From contig JAUCBJ010009100.1 in assembly GCA_032718475.1 (NCBI GenBank), forward strand, positions 1 through 64,000: DNA of 64,000 bases. Reading direction: 5' to 3'. The DNA is from Nemertoderma westbladi. Its lineage: Eukaryota > Animalia > Xenacoelomorpha. The notes beneath the pieces are model-generated. The model was not told where the DNA came from and made no database searches. It worked only from the letters and a program-made list of their open reading frames with translations. Shown piece by piece: positions 26,201 to 38,476 of this stretch. Position 1 is the first letter of the stretch; every line of letters begins with the position of its first letter. Made by a program: the position numbers and the translations under genes.

Positions 26201-27606
26201 TAGTTAGATATAGTAAATCTATTAGTTAGATATAGTAAATCTATGAGTTAGATATAGTAAATCTATGAGTTAGATATAGTAAATCTATGAGTTAGATATA
26301 GTAAATCTATGAGTTAGATATAGTAAATCTATGAGTTAGATATAGTAAATCTATTAGTTAGATATAGTAAATCTATGAGTTAGATATAGTAAATCTATGA
26401 GTTAGATATAGTAAATCTATTAGTTAGATATAGTAAATCTATTAGTTAGATATGGTAAATCTATGAGTTAGATATAGTAAATCTAAGAGTTAGATATAGT
26501 AAATCTATGAGTTAGATATAGTAAATCTAAGAGTTAGATATAGTAAATCTATGAGTTAGATAGAGTAAATCTATGAGTTAGATATAGTAAATCTATGAGT
26601 TAGATATAGTAAATCTATTAGTTAGATATAGTAAATCTATGAGTTAGATATAGTAAATCTAAGAGTTAGATATAGTAAATATATTAGTTAGATATAGTAA
26701 ATCTATTAGTTAGATATGGTAAATCTATGAGTTAGATATAGTAAATCTAAGAGTTAGATATAGTAAATCTATGAGTTAGATATAGTAAATCTAAGAGTTA
26801 GATATAGTTAATATATTAGTTAGATATAGTAAATCTATGAGTTAGATATAGTAAATCTAAGAGTTAGATATAGCAAATCTATGAGTTAGATATAGTAAAT
26901 CTATTAGTTAGATATAGTAAATCTATTAGTTAGATATGGTAAATCTATGAGTTAGATATAGTAAATCTAAGAGTTAGATATAGTAAATCTATGAGTTAGA
27001 TATAGTAAATCTAAGAGTTAGATATAGTAAATCTAAGAGTTAGATATAGTAAATCTATGAGTTAGATATAGTAAATCTATGAGTTAGATATAGTAAATCT
27101 ATTAGTTAGATATAGTAAATCTATGAGTTAGATATAGTAAATCTAAGAGTTAGATATAGTAAATCTATGAGTTAGATATAGTAAATCTAAGAGTTAGATA
27201 TGGTAAATCTATGAGTTAGATATAGTAAATCTACGAGTTAGATATAGTAAATCTATGAGTTAGATATAGTAAATCTAAGAGTTAGATATAGTTAATCTAT
27301 GAGTTAGATATAGTAAATCTATGAGTTAGATATAGTAAATCTATGAGTTAGATATAGTAAATCTATGAGTTAGATATAGTAAATATATTAGTTAGATATA
27401 GTAAATCTATGAGTTAGATATGGTAAATCTATGAGTTAGATATAGTAAATCTATGAGTTAGATATAGTAAATCTAAGAGTTAGATATAGTAAATCTATGA
27501 GTTAGATATAGTAAATCTATGAGTTAGATATAGTAAATCTATTAGTTAGATATAGTAAATCTATGAGTTAGATATAGTAAATCGAAGAGTTAGATATAGT
27601 AAATAT
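14264..27606. repeat. 22-bp satellite array, ~600 monomers
   Basis: Same monomer; a 1-bp deletion near 21727. Confidence 0.98.
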
Positions 27607-28817
27607 TGTAAAAGCTTTTGCGTAATTAGCCGGTTATTTTCCCTTAAAGTACTCTGTAGTTGGTTTGCCAGGCATAAAAAAGCCGTGTCCTTGCTGTACT
27701 GGTGTTTTAGAGGACATAAAAGTCATTTCTTATGTATTTGTACTGAATTTGTACTTTAGAGGACATAATCCACAATCTCGTGACGCAATAGCTGGATACT
27801 TTGAAAACAGTGTCGCTACCATGACGACGGCTAGCAGCTGATATTGCCACGTCGACGTTTCTTTGTTTCTTTGTTCTCTCGTTGTTCAGGTTGACCAATC
27901 AGAGCGTTTGTTGTCTCTGTGTTGGAGGTATATACAGAAACTCAGTAGTTCAGTGTTATGTTTTTGCCCAGAGCCTAAGAACCGGCTTTTGGCACCTCCG
28001 TGTTTTCAGTTTTTAGTCTTACACTAGTAGGTTTAATTATAAGGGCATATATCCTTTAACTCATGGAATCACTGATCTGTGAATACTGCTGACACACGGC
28101 TTTTAATAACTGCTGAAACTGCTAAAATTACCTGCTCAATCGATACTGTATACTGCTATTTGTTGTCGGTTATTCATTATATTTGTTGATGAATTATTAT
28201 ATTGGAATAACGAGAAATAACCCCGAAAACCCAATATTCTTGATATACCGAAGGTAAGAGAGAAAGGTTACCAATAACGATTGTGACTTATGTTAAAGTG
28301 GTTTGAAGTGAATCTAATGTTATTTGATAGACCCTACATGAGTCAGTCTGTGTTCCTTTTATATGTGACTAAAATCAGTGAAGATTGGCAGATTAGTGTG
28401 CAGTATTGTGCAGCATTGTGTATGAGTGAGTCTGTTAAAGAAGCAATTCCTAAAGAATGCGCCATATATGTGAATTATAATTAAGCCATATCGTTGTGAG
28501 TAGTTTAAGTCATAACTCTGTTTATATAGATAAAGCGCCACGTCCTAAAGGAACTGTTAATATTCCCCGAAGGTGAATAATATTGTCAGAGATTATATAA
28601 TACTGTCAGTCGAATAATACATTAGGCTTACATAGCAATAAAATTAAACCGTCGAACCCAATCTCCCGGGAATATCCAGCGGGTGAATGATCGCGCACAG
28701 ATTGGTTTCGACTAGTGTAGTGAATCAAATATTTGTCATAGGCTAAAAGGCGATTTAATATCTAGAAGACATCCTAATTTGGCGGGTTAAACTGCCAAAG
28801 GTCTGAAAGCGCGAACA
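27607..28817 (+). repeat. BEL-2 5' LTR
   Basis: Direct repeat of 36892-38102. Confidence 0.95.
27893..27954 (+). promoter_or_regulatory. Putative LTR promoter (CCAAT, TATA-like, TCAGT Inr-like)
   Basis: GACCAATCAG at 27893, TATATA at 27929, TCAGT at 27942 and 27950. Motif match only. Confidence 0.35.
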
Positions 28818-29102
28818 TTAAAGGATATTGCTTCTGTATTGCAGTAGGCAATAAAGCTGAAGTACCGGCAACCGGTACCCAGTAGGCCTGACTACCTAAC
28901 CACCCGGACCGGTACCTACAGCAGTACAGGTACAGCAGTATTATTCGATTTTGATAGTTATATACCGGTAGGCCTTAATAATTAATCAGGGAGGGCCCGC
29001 CCTGGTTTTTTATTGAGATTTTTACTTATTTCTGTCAAGTTTTATTTGTTTGTAGGCCAGTATTGAACAGAAGGCGTGTAAGCCTGATCAGATTGTACAG
29101 AC

Positions 29103-29668
29103 AATTTGTAGGCTGAGCTGTTGTCTGATTGCTGTTAAGTCTGAACGGATTGCAGTGTGTGTAGATCACCTGTCCGATTAAGTACGGTTAGGAAGAAGGG
29201 GCAGCGAACGCTGTAAGGTAAACCCCCAACTAAAGAATAAGTCGCACTACTGGGTTAGAGCGCATACTCCCTAATCATTTCGGAGTCTGCATGTCCTGTA
29301 GTTTATTTAGGCTTGAGAGTAGTCTGCCATCGTTTAGTCTGTACTTTGTTTGTGTAAGTCTGTACGGGTAGCGTATAATTTTATTTAGATAATTTGTAGG
29401 CTGGATAGTAGTCCGGCTGTTGTTAGGTCTGAACGGATTGCAGTGTGTGTAGATCATTTGTCTGATTAAGTACGGTTAGGAAGTAGGGGCAGCGAACGCT
29501 GTAAGGTAAACCCCCAACTAAAGAATAAGTCGCACTACTGGGTTAGAGCGCATACTCCCTAATCATTTCGGAGTCTGCATACCGTAGTTTGTTTAGGCTT
29601 GATAGTAGTCTGTCAGTGTTCGGTCTGCATTTTGTTTGAGTAGTTTGTACGCGTAGCGTAATATTTAT
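29103..29668. repeat. ~288-bp tandem duplication in the BEL-2 leader
   Basis: Units start AATTTGTAGGCTG at 29103 and 29391 and have a near-identical core. Confidence 0.9.
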
Positions 29669-30127
29669 TATTCAGAGTTTATGCGATTATCCGCAACATT
29701 CATTCCCCAAGTTTGTTCCTACAGTAATTGTGTTTGTTATACATACCGCTATAGTTAAATTAACCTCGGTACTACACGGGCTGCTTGGCGTAGGTAAAGA
29801 CTGGTGATTTTGTGCATCGGTCACTCCAGCAGATGCCGTGGTTCTTTTAGCTGTTCAAGTATATTTAACTACTGATTATCTGTTGTACAAGTACTCGTAC
29901 CTAATTTAGGGTTTAGTGTACAGTACTTTCCGAAGTAATTAGTGTAGACATTATATTTGTGTTGTAAAGTGGTTGATAGGCACGTTCGATTAGCTCTATT
30001 AACTTCTAGGTAGGAACACTCCGTGATACATAACGTAGAACCTATAGCGATACGGCTATAGGTCGTCAGGCGGTGGTATTTTCCTATCTGGACAACGCAG
30101 TGTATCGCTCTATCTATTGTTCTATCT

Positions 30128-33100
30128 GAACGAGAAGCTTATAACGACGAGTTAAATGACGTCATTGAGCGTCATAATGCCAAGATTCGGGATGAACATG
30201 CCGTATGATTCTTTACGCAAGAGGCGGTAGAGCCCAATTCCTATGATAAAGCCTTGTCGGTGGAAGAGGAAAGGGCCAAGCAGATCCAAGAGACAACTAC
30301 ATGTTTCCTCAAAGATCAAGGTAGGTATGAAGTCGGTTTACCTTTCCGCAAGAAAGAACCGAAGTTCATCAATAACAGACCTTTGGCGGAAAAAAGAATC
30401 GCGCAACTCCATCGACGCCTTACAGCTAATTCTTCAGCGAAAGCAATGTATCAAACGCAGCTGGAAAAATTTATTAATAAGGGATACGCGGAGAGGGTAC
30501 CGGAAGAAACACCTGTGACTGAAAGAACGTATTATTTAACTCACCATTACGTTCCTAAACCTGGTAAACCAAATGAAGTGAGAGTAGTGTTTGATGGCTC
30601 CGCTCTTTACATGGGTCAATCCCTTAACTCTGAATTGTTACCCGGACCCAACTTACTTCAATCTTTGTTGGGAATTCTTTTAAGATTGAGACAATATTCG
30701 ATTGCTTTCGCCTCCGATATAGAAGGCATGTTCTTACAAGTCAAGGTGTTAGATAGGGATCGAGATAGTCTACGATTTCTGTGGTGGCCCGAAGGAGACC
30801 TCAACCAGAAACCGGTGGAGTACTGGATGACCATCCAGGCCTTTGGGATAATCTCAAGCCCTTCCAACGCCTGTTCGGTAGTGCGTACTACTGCAGAGGA
30901 CAACAGAGAGGCCTTCTCTAAGGAAGTGATCGACAACATCAAGAGAGACATATACATGGACGACAATCTGAAGTCCCTCCCATCAGTTGAGGAAGCCATT
31001 GAGGTCGCTAAGGGAACGGTAGAGTGCTTAAAAAGAGGTGGGTTTCGATTAACCAAATTCACCAGCAACTCCCGTGAGTTTCTGGAGTCGATCCCTGCGG
31101 AAGATCGCGGAGCGAAAGATCTCGATTTGATCAAAGATGATCTGCCAGAAACCAAGACACTCGGCTTGAAATGGGACACAGAGAGAGATATCCTGTTTTT
31201 CCAACTAAAACAGCGAGATAATCCTGTTCGAACCAAACGGATTTGCTTAAGTATACTGAGCACTTATTTCGATCCATTGGGATTTATTAGCCCAGTTATA
31301 TTGATTGCTCGAAGTTTGGTACAACAAATGTGGCTTGAAAACCACTCATGGGACGATCCACTTAAGGGGGAATTACTGAAGCAGTGGATGAAATGGGAAG
31401 ATTCTCTGCCAGCCATCGAGGATTTTATAATTTCCCGTTCATATTTTGGTCATGTTCTCCCTACGTATTCCTATCAACTCCATGTGTTTGGAGACGCCAG
31501 CGATATGGGAATCGGTATAGTAGCCTACCTAAGAGTGGAAACTCCGGATGGAATCAAAGTCGCCTTGGTTACTTCTAAGGCATTAATCAACAACAAGTTG
31601 AAAGTTCCTCGAGCGGAGTTAAAAGCGGCTCTATACGCTACAGCCATCGGCCGGAATGTAACCGAACAGATTGACTATACATTAGAGAAAACTGTCTATT
31701 GGACCGACGCTTTACTCGTGTTAGAGTATATAACCAATGAAGTCTGTCAGTTCAGCGTCTTCGTTACCAACAGGGTAGCCATCATACTTAGTCGCACTAC
31801 GATGGACCAATGGAGACATTGCCCCGGAACGATTAACCCAGCAGACATCGCTTCCCGAGGAGCGACTCCAAAGGAATTGGTAAATACTCCCGAATGGTTA
31901 GGAGGACCCGACTTTCTCTACAGAGAAGAAGAAGAATGGCCTCCCCATCTCACAACAGCAGAGATCAGACAGGCCAAGGGAGCGGAGAAAGTTAAACCCA
32001 AAACTCGAGCGAGTAAATCGAAGTTGTTTAAACCTGCGGTTGATCTATCGGTATTATTTACTTCCGGAGAGGATGCTTTGGATCAGAAACCCACCGCCAC
32101 GACTAAAGAAGTCTTGGAAATCCGTGACAAGGATTGGAAATCTGGAATACCAGATATTTCGTAAGGACTCTCACCTCTCTTGCAGAGAGCGATACGTCAC
32201 TACAGTTCCTGGAATCGGCTCTGTAAAGCTGTCACCTATCTGAAACGATGTTTTCATCATCGTTACTCCGGGACAAAGACCAATAGTGATGATGCTCCAT
32301 CAACATCTGCACGAGTCCATGTTGTTAAAGATCTTCCTAAATACAAGATATCCGACAGGTTTCTAAAGGAGAAGATCAGTTACCAGGAGCATGATGAAAC
32401 CAACAAACAGATGCTGAGACTCCTACAATGCTATGAGGATTCCGATAAGTATTTCCTGTTATTAAGAAATCCACAGATGCGCTTAAGGGATCGCTTCTCT
32501 AGTACCATGATAGATGGGTTAATACGTGTTGGAGGTCGGCTTACCAACACCCCGTTATCCTTTGACACTAAGTTTCCCATACTCATTAGGAATCTTGATA
32601 TACAAATCAAGATGATTGTAGATGTTCATAGCAAACTGTATCATGCTGGTAGAGAACGAGTTCTGAGCGAAATTCGAACTCGCTACTATTTTTATAAACC
32701 CCGTAGGGCTCTGAATCAAGTTCTTAGGAACTGCATACCCTGTAGGAAAGCATTCAGTAGGCCTTTGACACAGCGAGAGGCAGAATTACCTAGGGAAAGA
32801 GTAAGCTTCTATGAACCACCCTTTACTAATATCGGTGTGGATTTATTTGGCCCTATTGAAGTATATCGTGCCCGGACTATAGTCAAGAGATGGTGTGTCA
32901 TCTTCGTTTGTATGACTTGTAGAGCTATCCATCTCGATATGGTAAACGATCTATCCACCAACAGCTTCGTGTTGAGTTTACGACGACAGATCGCTCGCTT
33001 CGGAACCAGTAACACGATGAGATCGGATAAGGGAACGAACTTCATTGGCGCCAACAACGAAATTCAAGCTTACGTAAAGGACTGGAACAAAAGACAGGTG

Positions 33101-33838
33101 GACGATCAGCTAAGGATAACAGCGTCTAGCTGGACCTTCAACGCCACCGACGCCCCTTGGTGGGGAGGAAGTTGGGAGAGATTGATTAGGAGCGTGAAGA
33201 CTGCGTTCCACTTTATTGTGCCTTGTCGCGCTTATCTCACCGACGAACTATTGCGGACGTTAATGGAGGAAATCGCCGCCTATCTCAACGAAAGACCGCT
33301 TATGCCAGTCTCTTCAAATCCGGATTCCCTGGAAGCGCTAACACCCGTGCACTTTCTACTGAAGAAACCCGTAGCCATGCTCCCACGATCGGAGATCACA
33401 GACGGAGACGAGTACTGCCGTCGAACCTGGCAACTTATGCAGTTGCTATCCCGTTGTTTCGCTGACCATTTCGAGAAACATTACCTGCCCACTCTACAAC
33501 TTCGAACTAAGTGGTTTGCGCAGCAAGAAAACGTCAGCGCTGGAGACATGGTGCTTATTGTGGACCCCGATCTCCCACGTAAGCGATGGCAAACAGGACG
33601 TATCATCGAGACTTATATCTCGAGCGATGGTTTGGTGCGATCAGTAGAGCTCGTCGTCATGCGGCGGAACTTTAAGAAACCAGGGATAGTCTTTGAGACT
33701 CAACAGCTCAACCGCCCAGTGGGTCGTTTATGTTTACTGGAAAGAGACAGAGAGCTCTCCGGAAACTATGGAAGGCAAGAAACTCTTCCCACGACCACTT
33801 CCCTAATCCAACCGACATCTAGGGACTCCCCAACTTAA
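30128..33838 (+). pseudogene. pol: BEL-2 pol (RT, RNase H, integrase, post-integrase tail) with in-frame stops
   Basis: RT VRVVFDGS...DIYMDD; RNase H VFGDAS...PRAEL...WTD; integrase GVDLFGP, RSDKGTNF, GGSWE. ORFs 30254-32164 and 32180-33838 are in one frame split by TAA at 32162. The frame extends upstream past a TGA to ~30128. Confidence 0.93.
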
Positions 33839-34383
33839 TATCGTTCGGAGTGGGCGTATGACTCTATTATTTTATATTCTTTTATTATTTTTATATTTAT
33901 GTATGTATTACTATGTGATTTTATTATAATCGTTTTATTTAATTTAGTAGAATATTATTTAGTGATTATTTAGTAGAATAGTGCAATATATTCGTGTTTA
34001 TTACGTACGTAATTACTTATATTATATTTAGTGCGACGGCGAGAAATAATTCTTTTTCTCTTTCCTTACTGTCCGTATTATGTTATAAATACGTAACTAC
34101 AGTAAGATGAAATGTCCGTACTTATTAAAGTACAATAAAGCCACTACTATATTTAAGTGTTATTGGTAGGCAGAGTATTAGGAATGCAAAGTTCAGATCC
34201 TCGTGTCTCGGCTAAACCAAGCTCTGGGTAGACCTTGGAAACGACTTGCCTCTTCACACTGACATTGCTTCGTGCGATATTGCTCTCATACCATATATTA
34301 AATAATACATATAGTAGCGTGATGTCCCTTTAACAGTAGCGTAAAACGCAAAATAAATCTGTTAAACCCTTTGACCATCTGCC

Positions 34384-34700
34384 ATTCTAGTCGATTAAGA
34401 TATCGTGGCACCCACCGATATACTTGAAAGACAAATTATAGAATCAGTGGTTAACGTCCCCAGACAAGTTCGGGAATAAATCGGTGCCCATCTCAAATAT
34501 TAATTAGTTAATATTTACAAATCAAATAAGTCAAAATCTGTAAAATTCAGATCCTTCAACAATTCTAGTCAATTAAGATATCGTAGCATTTACCGATATT
34601 CTTAAAAAGACAATTGTCATAGAATTAAGGATCTTGTGTCCCCAGACGTGTTCTGGAATCCAAATATGTCCATTTAGTTGTCAAATAATAAAATTTCAGG
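34384..34700. repeat. Diverged ~178-bp tandem duplication in the BEL-2 3' region
   Basis: ATTCTAGTC(G/A)ATTAAGATATCGT...CCCAGAC occurs at ~34384 and ~34562. Confidence 0.75.
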
Positions 34701-35280
34701 GAATAAATTTAAATTCATGTCTTTTAATGAATTTAATAAATTGCCATTTTTACGCAATTTATAAAGTTCCCAAAATTCCATTAATTAATAGATCAAGGGA
34801 GCGGAGATTTATCTTATCATGCGTATGAGTGTGTGAAAGTCCCCCAAACATAGTCAATAGCCGATAAAATTCATAAAGTCATGTATAAAACAGAACATTG
34901 ACTATTAAAGAATACTATTAAATAACATCCCAGATCTGTATGCATTGGAATTACTCTAATTCTACCGCTAGCTTTGCATAATGTCACCATAGCAACAACC
35001 ACGCTAGAATTAGAATTGAGTTAAAAGAACAATAGAAAGCTTGTCCCATTGAATAGCATAGGGAATAAATAGCGCACTACTAGTATCCAAGGATACATAA
35101 TAATACAGTGACATTCTGGAAGGCATTGACTAACGGACAAATGGCCCGAATGTGCGTAGTTGTGACCAGTTGTGTGGTATTTGTGAGTTTATAGGTGAAT
35201 GTTACTGCTAAGGTGTGTTTACAGTAGCTAGTCGCAATCGTAAAAGTAACCTAACTCTCCAAGGAAAACCTGAAGTACAT

Positions 35281-35441
35281 CTAAGCCTTTGGGACGGACA
35301 GTCGAGTGACTTGTGCCGGTTGTCGTTGTCGTTGTGCGGCTACGTCGTTGGCGAAAGTACAGCGGCGACGACACATCGGCGCTGAGGATCTCGTACTGTC
35401 CGGGGGTTAATTGGAGTAGGCAGCGACGCTCGCTAGCCTAA
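35281..35441 (+). ncRNA. Conserved structured RNA element, copy 1
   Basis: Homologous to 58535-58693, with compensatory base changes. Confidence 0.65.
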
Positions 35442-36891
35442 ATATAAACTCCTTATAATATGGATAAACTCATATATAGCAGATATGACGGAGTTGATAG
35501 AAGATGGTCTTGGTATCGGGGAGCGATATACTCTACTTTTACAAGCGTTTGTTGATAGCTTAATACGCGGCGACGTTAGTCCAACTGCTGCGGAGGACGA
35601 TGGTCGTTATATCGAACCGCCAATGTCCCAAGAGCAGCTCGCGCGAGTTGGACTATAGAAAATTCGCTGCTCGATATACGCAGCTTAATGGTACGTATAT
35701 GGGCTTCTTAACTACTGATCATCCTATCGATTTACACAATACGGACTATGTCGACTATATATCCTGCCCAGCGGAGTCGGAACCATAAACTGAAATTCGA
35801 ATGCGAAAATTCTATTCGAAATCGGCTCGAAAGAAAAGACATTAAAGAATCAAATAAACGCGGTAACTCCAACATATATTTGGAATTCTTGATAGAAGCA
35901 TTGTGACAACAAATAAATATCATCCGCGTTTCCCCTACCAGACGTGCGTCTTTGGTATTATTACGGTAAATGCCCTAGACCCAGCCAATAAACGGAAAGA
36001 CATAAACATCCACGGAAACGTTGTGTTAAACACAGTTGTGTTCGTTATATTTACTGGAGTTTCGAGCGAAACTTGTTTGACGTATCACCTATGCTCACTC
36101 GGCTCTAACGATCCTAGAGTAAACCTACGATCAGAGTCCCGGAATACTCGGTCAAACCTCCTCATTCCTTAGTTGGACCTTAGACCTGCGATCCTGGTGG
36201 TGTCGCGGATCCTCGCGGACGGTATTCACTGTTCAAGATCTAGTGCTACCCTAACAATTAATCGGTAATACTCCGACAGTGATTTCTAGCTAGCCGCCCA
36301 TCTTACCTAGCTGGATTATGACGCAGACACCTAATATCACTATCCAACCGTATGGTCGTCCCGTTTAACGCGATACAACCCTTCATCAAGGTGAAGGAGA
36401 GCGTTGTACGAAACGAGTTAAACGCTATTCTATAAAGATCAAAAAAGAAACCTGCGTTTGTTCAGATAAACGTAAGTTATAACAGTAAGTCCCATCGATA
36501 AACGAATTGGCCTTATCTCAGTTCGATTGGGAAACCTCGAATCTCAAAGAAGATATCAAGCTTAGAAAACCCTATTCTCTGCGAGAGTTTTGGACGAACG
36601 TATCCCATGACAAGCGGAGGAAAATCAGCTCGAGGAGAAGCATATCGAAATGGACGAGACACCGACCGTAAACCCAAACCTTTTAATGCAATCATATTGC
36701 ACCCTTCACCCAGGAGTTATGGCCCTCCTAGTAAAGTGGCTCCCCCCAAAGAGAAAAGGACTCTTGCTAGCCTCAAAAAACTGCGTAAATGCCGTCTGCG
36801 TAAGAAAGGCTAACTGTTTAGAGTATCTTTATATTTTAGAAACTGTGATTTGTTATATTTTATAGACTTAAATCCCATTTTCTGGGAGCGG

Positions 36892-38102
36892 TGTAAAAGC
36901 TTTTGCGTAATTAGCCGGTTATTTTCCCTTAAAGTACTCTGTAGTTGGTTTGCCAGGCATAAAAAGGCCGTGTCCTTGCTGTACTGGTGTTTTAGAGGAC
37001 ATAAAAGTCATTTCTTATGTATTTGTACTGTATTTGTACTTTAGAGGACATAATCCACAATCTCGTGACGCAATAGCTGGATACTTTGAAAACAGTGTCG
37101 CTACCATGACGACGGCTAGCAGCTGATATTGCCACGTCGACGTTTCTTTGTTTCTTTGTTCTCTCGTTGTTCAGGTTGACCAATCAGAGCGTTTGTTGTC
37201 TCTGTGTTGGAGGTATATACAGAAACTCAGTAGTTCAGTGTTATGTTTTTGCCCAGAGCCTAAGAACCGGCTTTTGGCACCTCCGTGTTTTCAGTTTTTA
37301 GTCTTACACTAGTAGGTTTAATTATAAGGGCATATATCCTTTAACTCATGGAATCACTGATCTGTGAATACTGCTGACACACGGCTTTTAATAACTGCTG
37401 AAACTGCTAAAATTACCTGCTCAATCGATACTGTATACTGCTATTTGTTGTCGGTTATTCATTATATTTGTTGATGAATTATTATATTGGAATAACGAGA
37501 AATAACCCCGAAAACCCAATATTCTTGATATACCGAAGGTAAGAGAGAAAGGTTACCAATAACGATTGTGACTTATGTTAAAGTGGTTTGAAGTGAATCT
37601 AATGTTATTTGATAGACCCTACATGAGTCAGTCTGTGTTCCTTTTATATGTGACTAAAATCAGTGAAGATTGGCAGATTAGTGTGCAGTATTGTGCAGCA
37701 TTGTGTATGAGTGAGTCTGTTAAAGAAGCAATTCCTAAAGAATGCGCCATATATGTGAATTATAATTAAGCCATATCGTTGTGAGTAGTTTAAGTCATAA
37801 CTCTGTTTATATAGATAAAGCGCCACGTCCTAAAGGAACTGTTAATATTCCCCGAAGGTGAATAATATTGTCAGAGATTATATAATACTGTCAGTCGAAT
37901 AATACATTAGGCTTACATAGCAATAAAATTAAACCGTCGAACCCAATCTCCTGGGAATATCCAGCGGGTGAATGATCGCGCACAGATTGGTTTCGACTAG
38001 TGTAGTGAATCAAATATTTGTCATAGGCTAAAAGGCGATTTAATATCTAGAAGACATCCTAATTTGGCGGGTTAAACTGCCAAAGGTCTGAAAGCGCGAA
38101 CA
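36892..38102 (+). repeat. BEL-2 3' LTR
   Basis: Direct repeat of 27607-28817. Confidence 0.95.
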
Positions 38103-38143
38103 AATATATTAGTTAGATATAGTAAATCTATTAGTTAGATATG
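38103..38143. repeat. About two satellite monomers between BEL-2 and Gypsy-A
   Basis: AATATATTAGTTAGATATAGTAAATCTATTAGTTAGATATG. Confidence 0.9.
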
Positions 38144-38476
38144 TGGTATAAAATGAGTTTAATAATGTGGTATTATATAATAATAATATAATGTATAAAA
38201 TATAAACGCAATGTCAATGAATCTAAGGTACACATTGCATAATATACATGGATGTAATAGCCCTCCACCATCTGCTTAATCCCACTATGCAAACAATGAA
38301 TACATACATTGTGATGAGGTGCTTTACACTAATATTGATGCGGCATTATTGCATACTACACCATGCCCCCCTTAAGTCTTTTTAGTTCGATATGAGCCCA
38401 TTCCCCTATGAGTCCTTTAGTATCAATATCGTTTGTGAGTCATATATATTCATAACATTAGTCTATCGGGTTTTTT

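Larger units (their letters stand above)
27607..38102 (+). mobile_element. BEL-2: BEL/Pao LTR retrotransposon lacking gag-protease, inserted in the satellite
   Basis: 1211-bp LTRs with TG...CA ends; 3 substitutions noticed. TSD AATAT at 27602-27606 and 38103-38107. PPT-like GGGAGCGG before the 3' LTR. Confidence 0.95.

Noticed and set aside
7056-27606. CRISPR-like array
   Set aside because: Head-to-tail 22-mers with no unique spacers, no cas genes, and a eukaryotic retrotransposon context.
27707-28541. Short ORFs repeated in both BEL-2 LTRs
   Set aside because: They recur only because the LTRs are duplicated; no coding features.
35350-35395. Hammerhead reading of GAAA and CTGAGGA in the shared RNA
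   Set aside because: The supported helices place these motifs at opposite ends of a long stem, not around one three-way junction.
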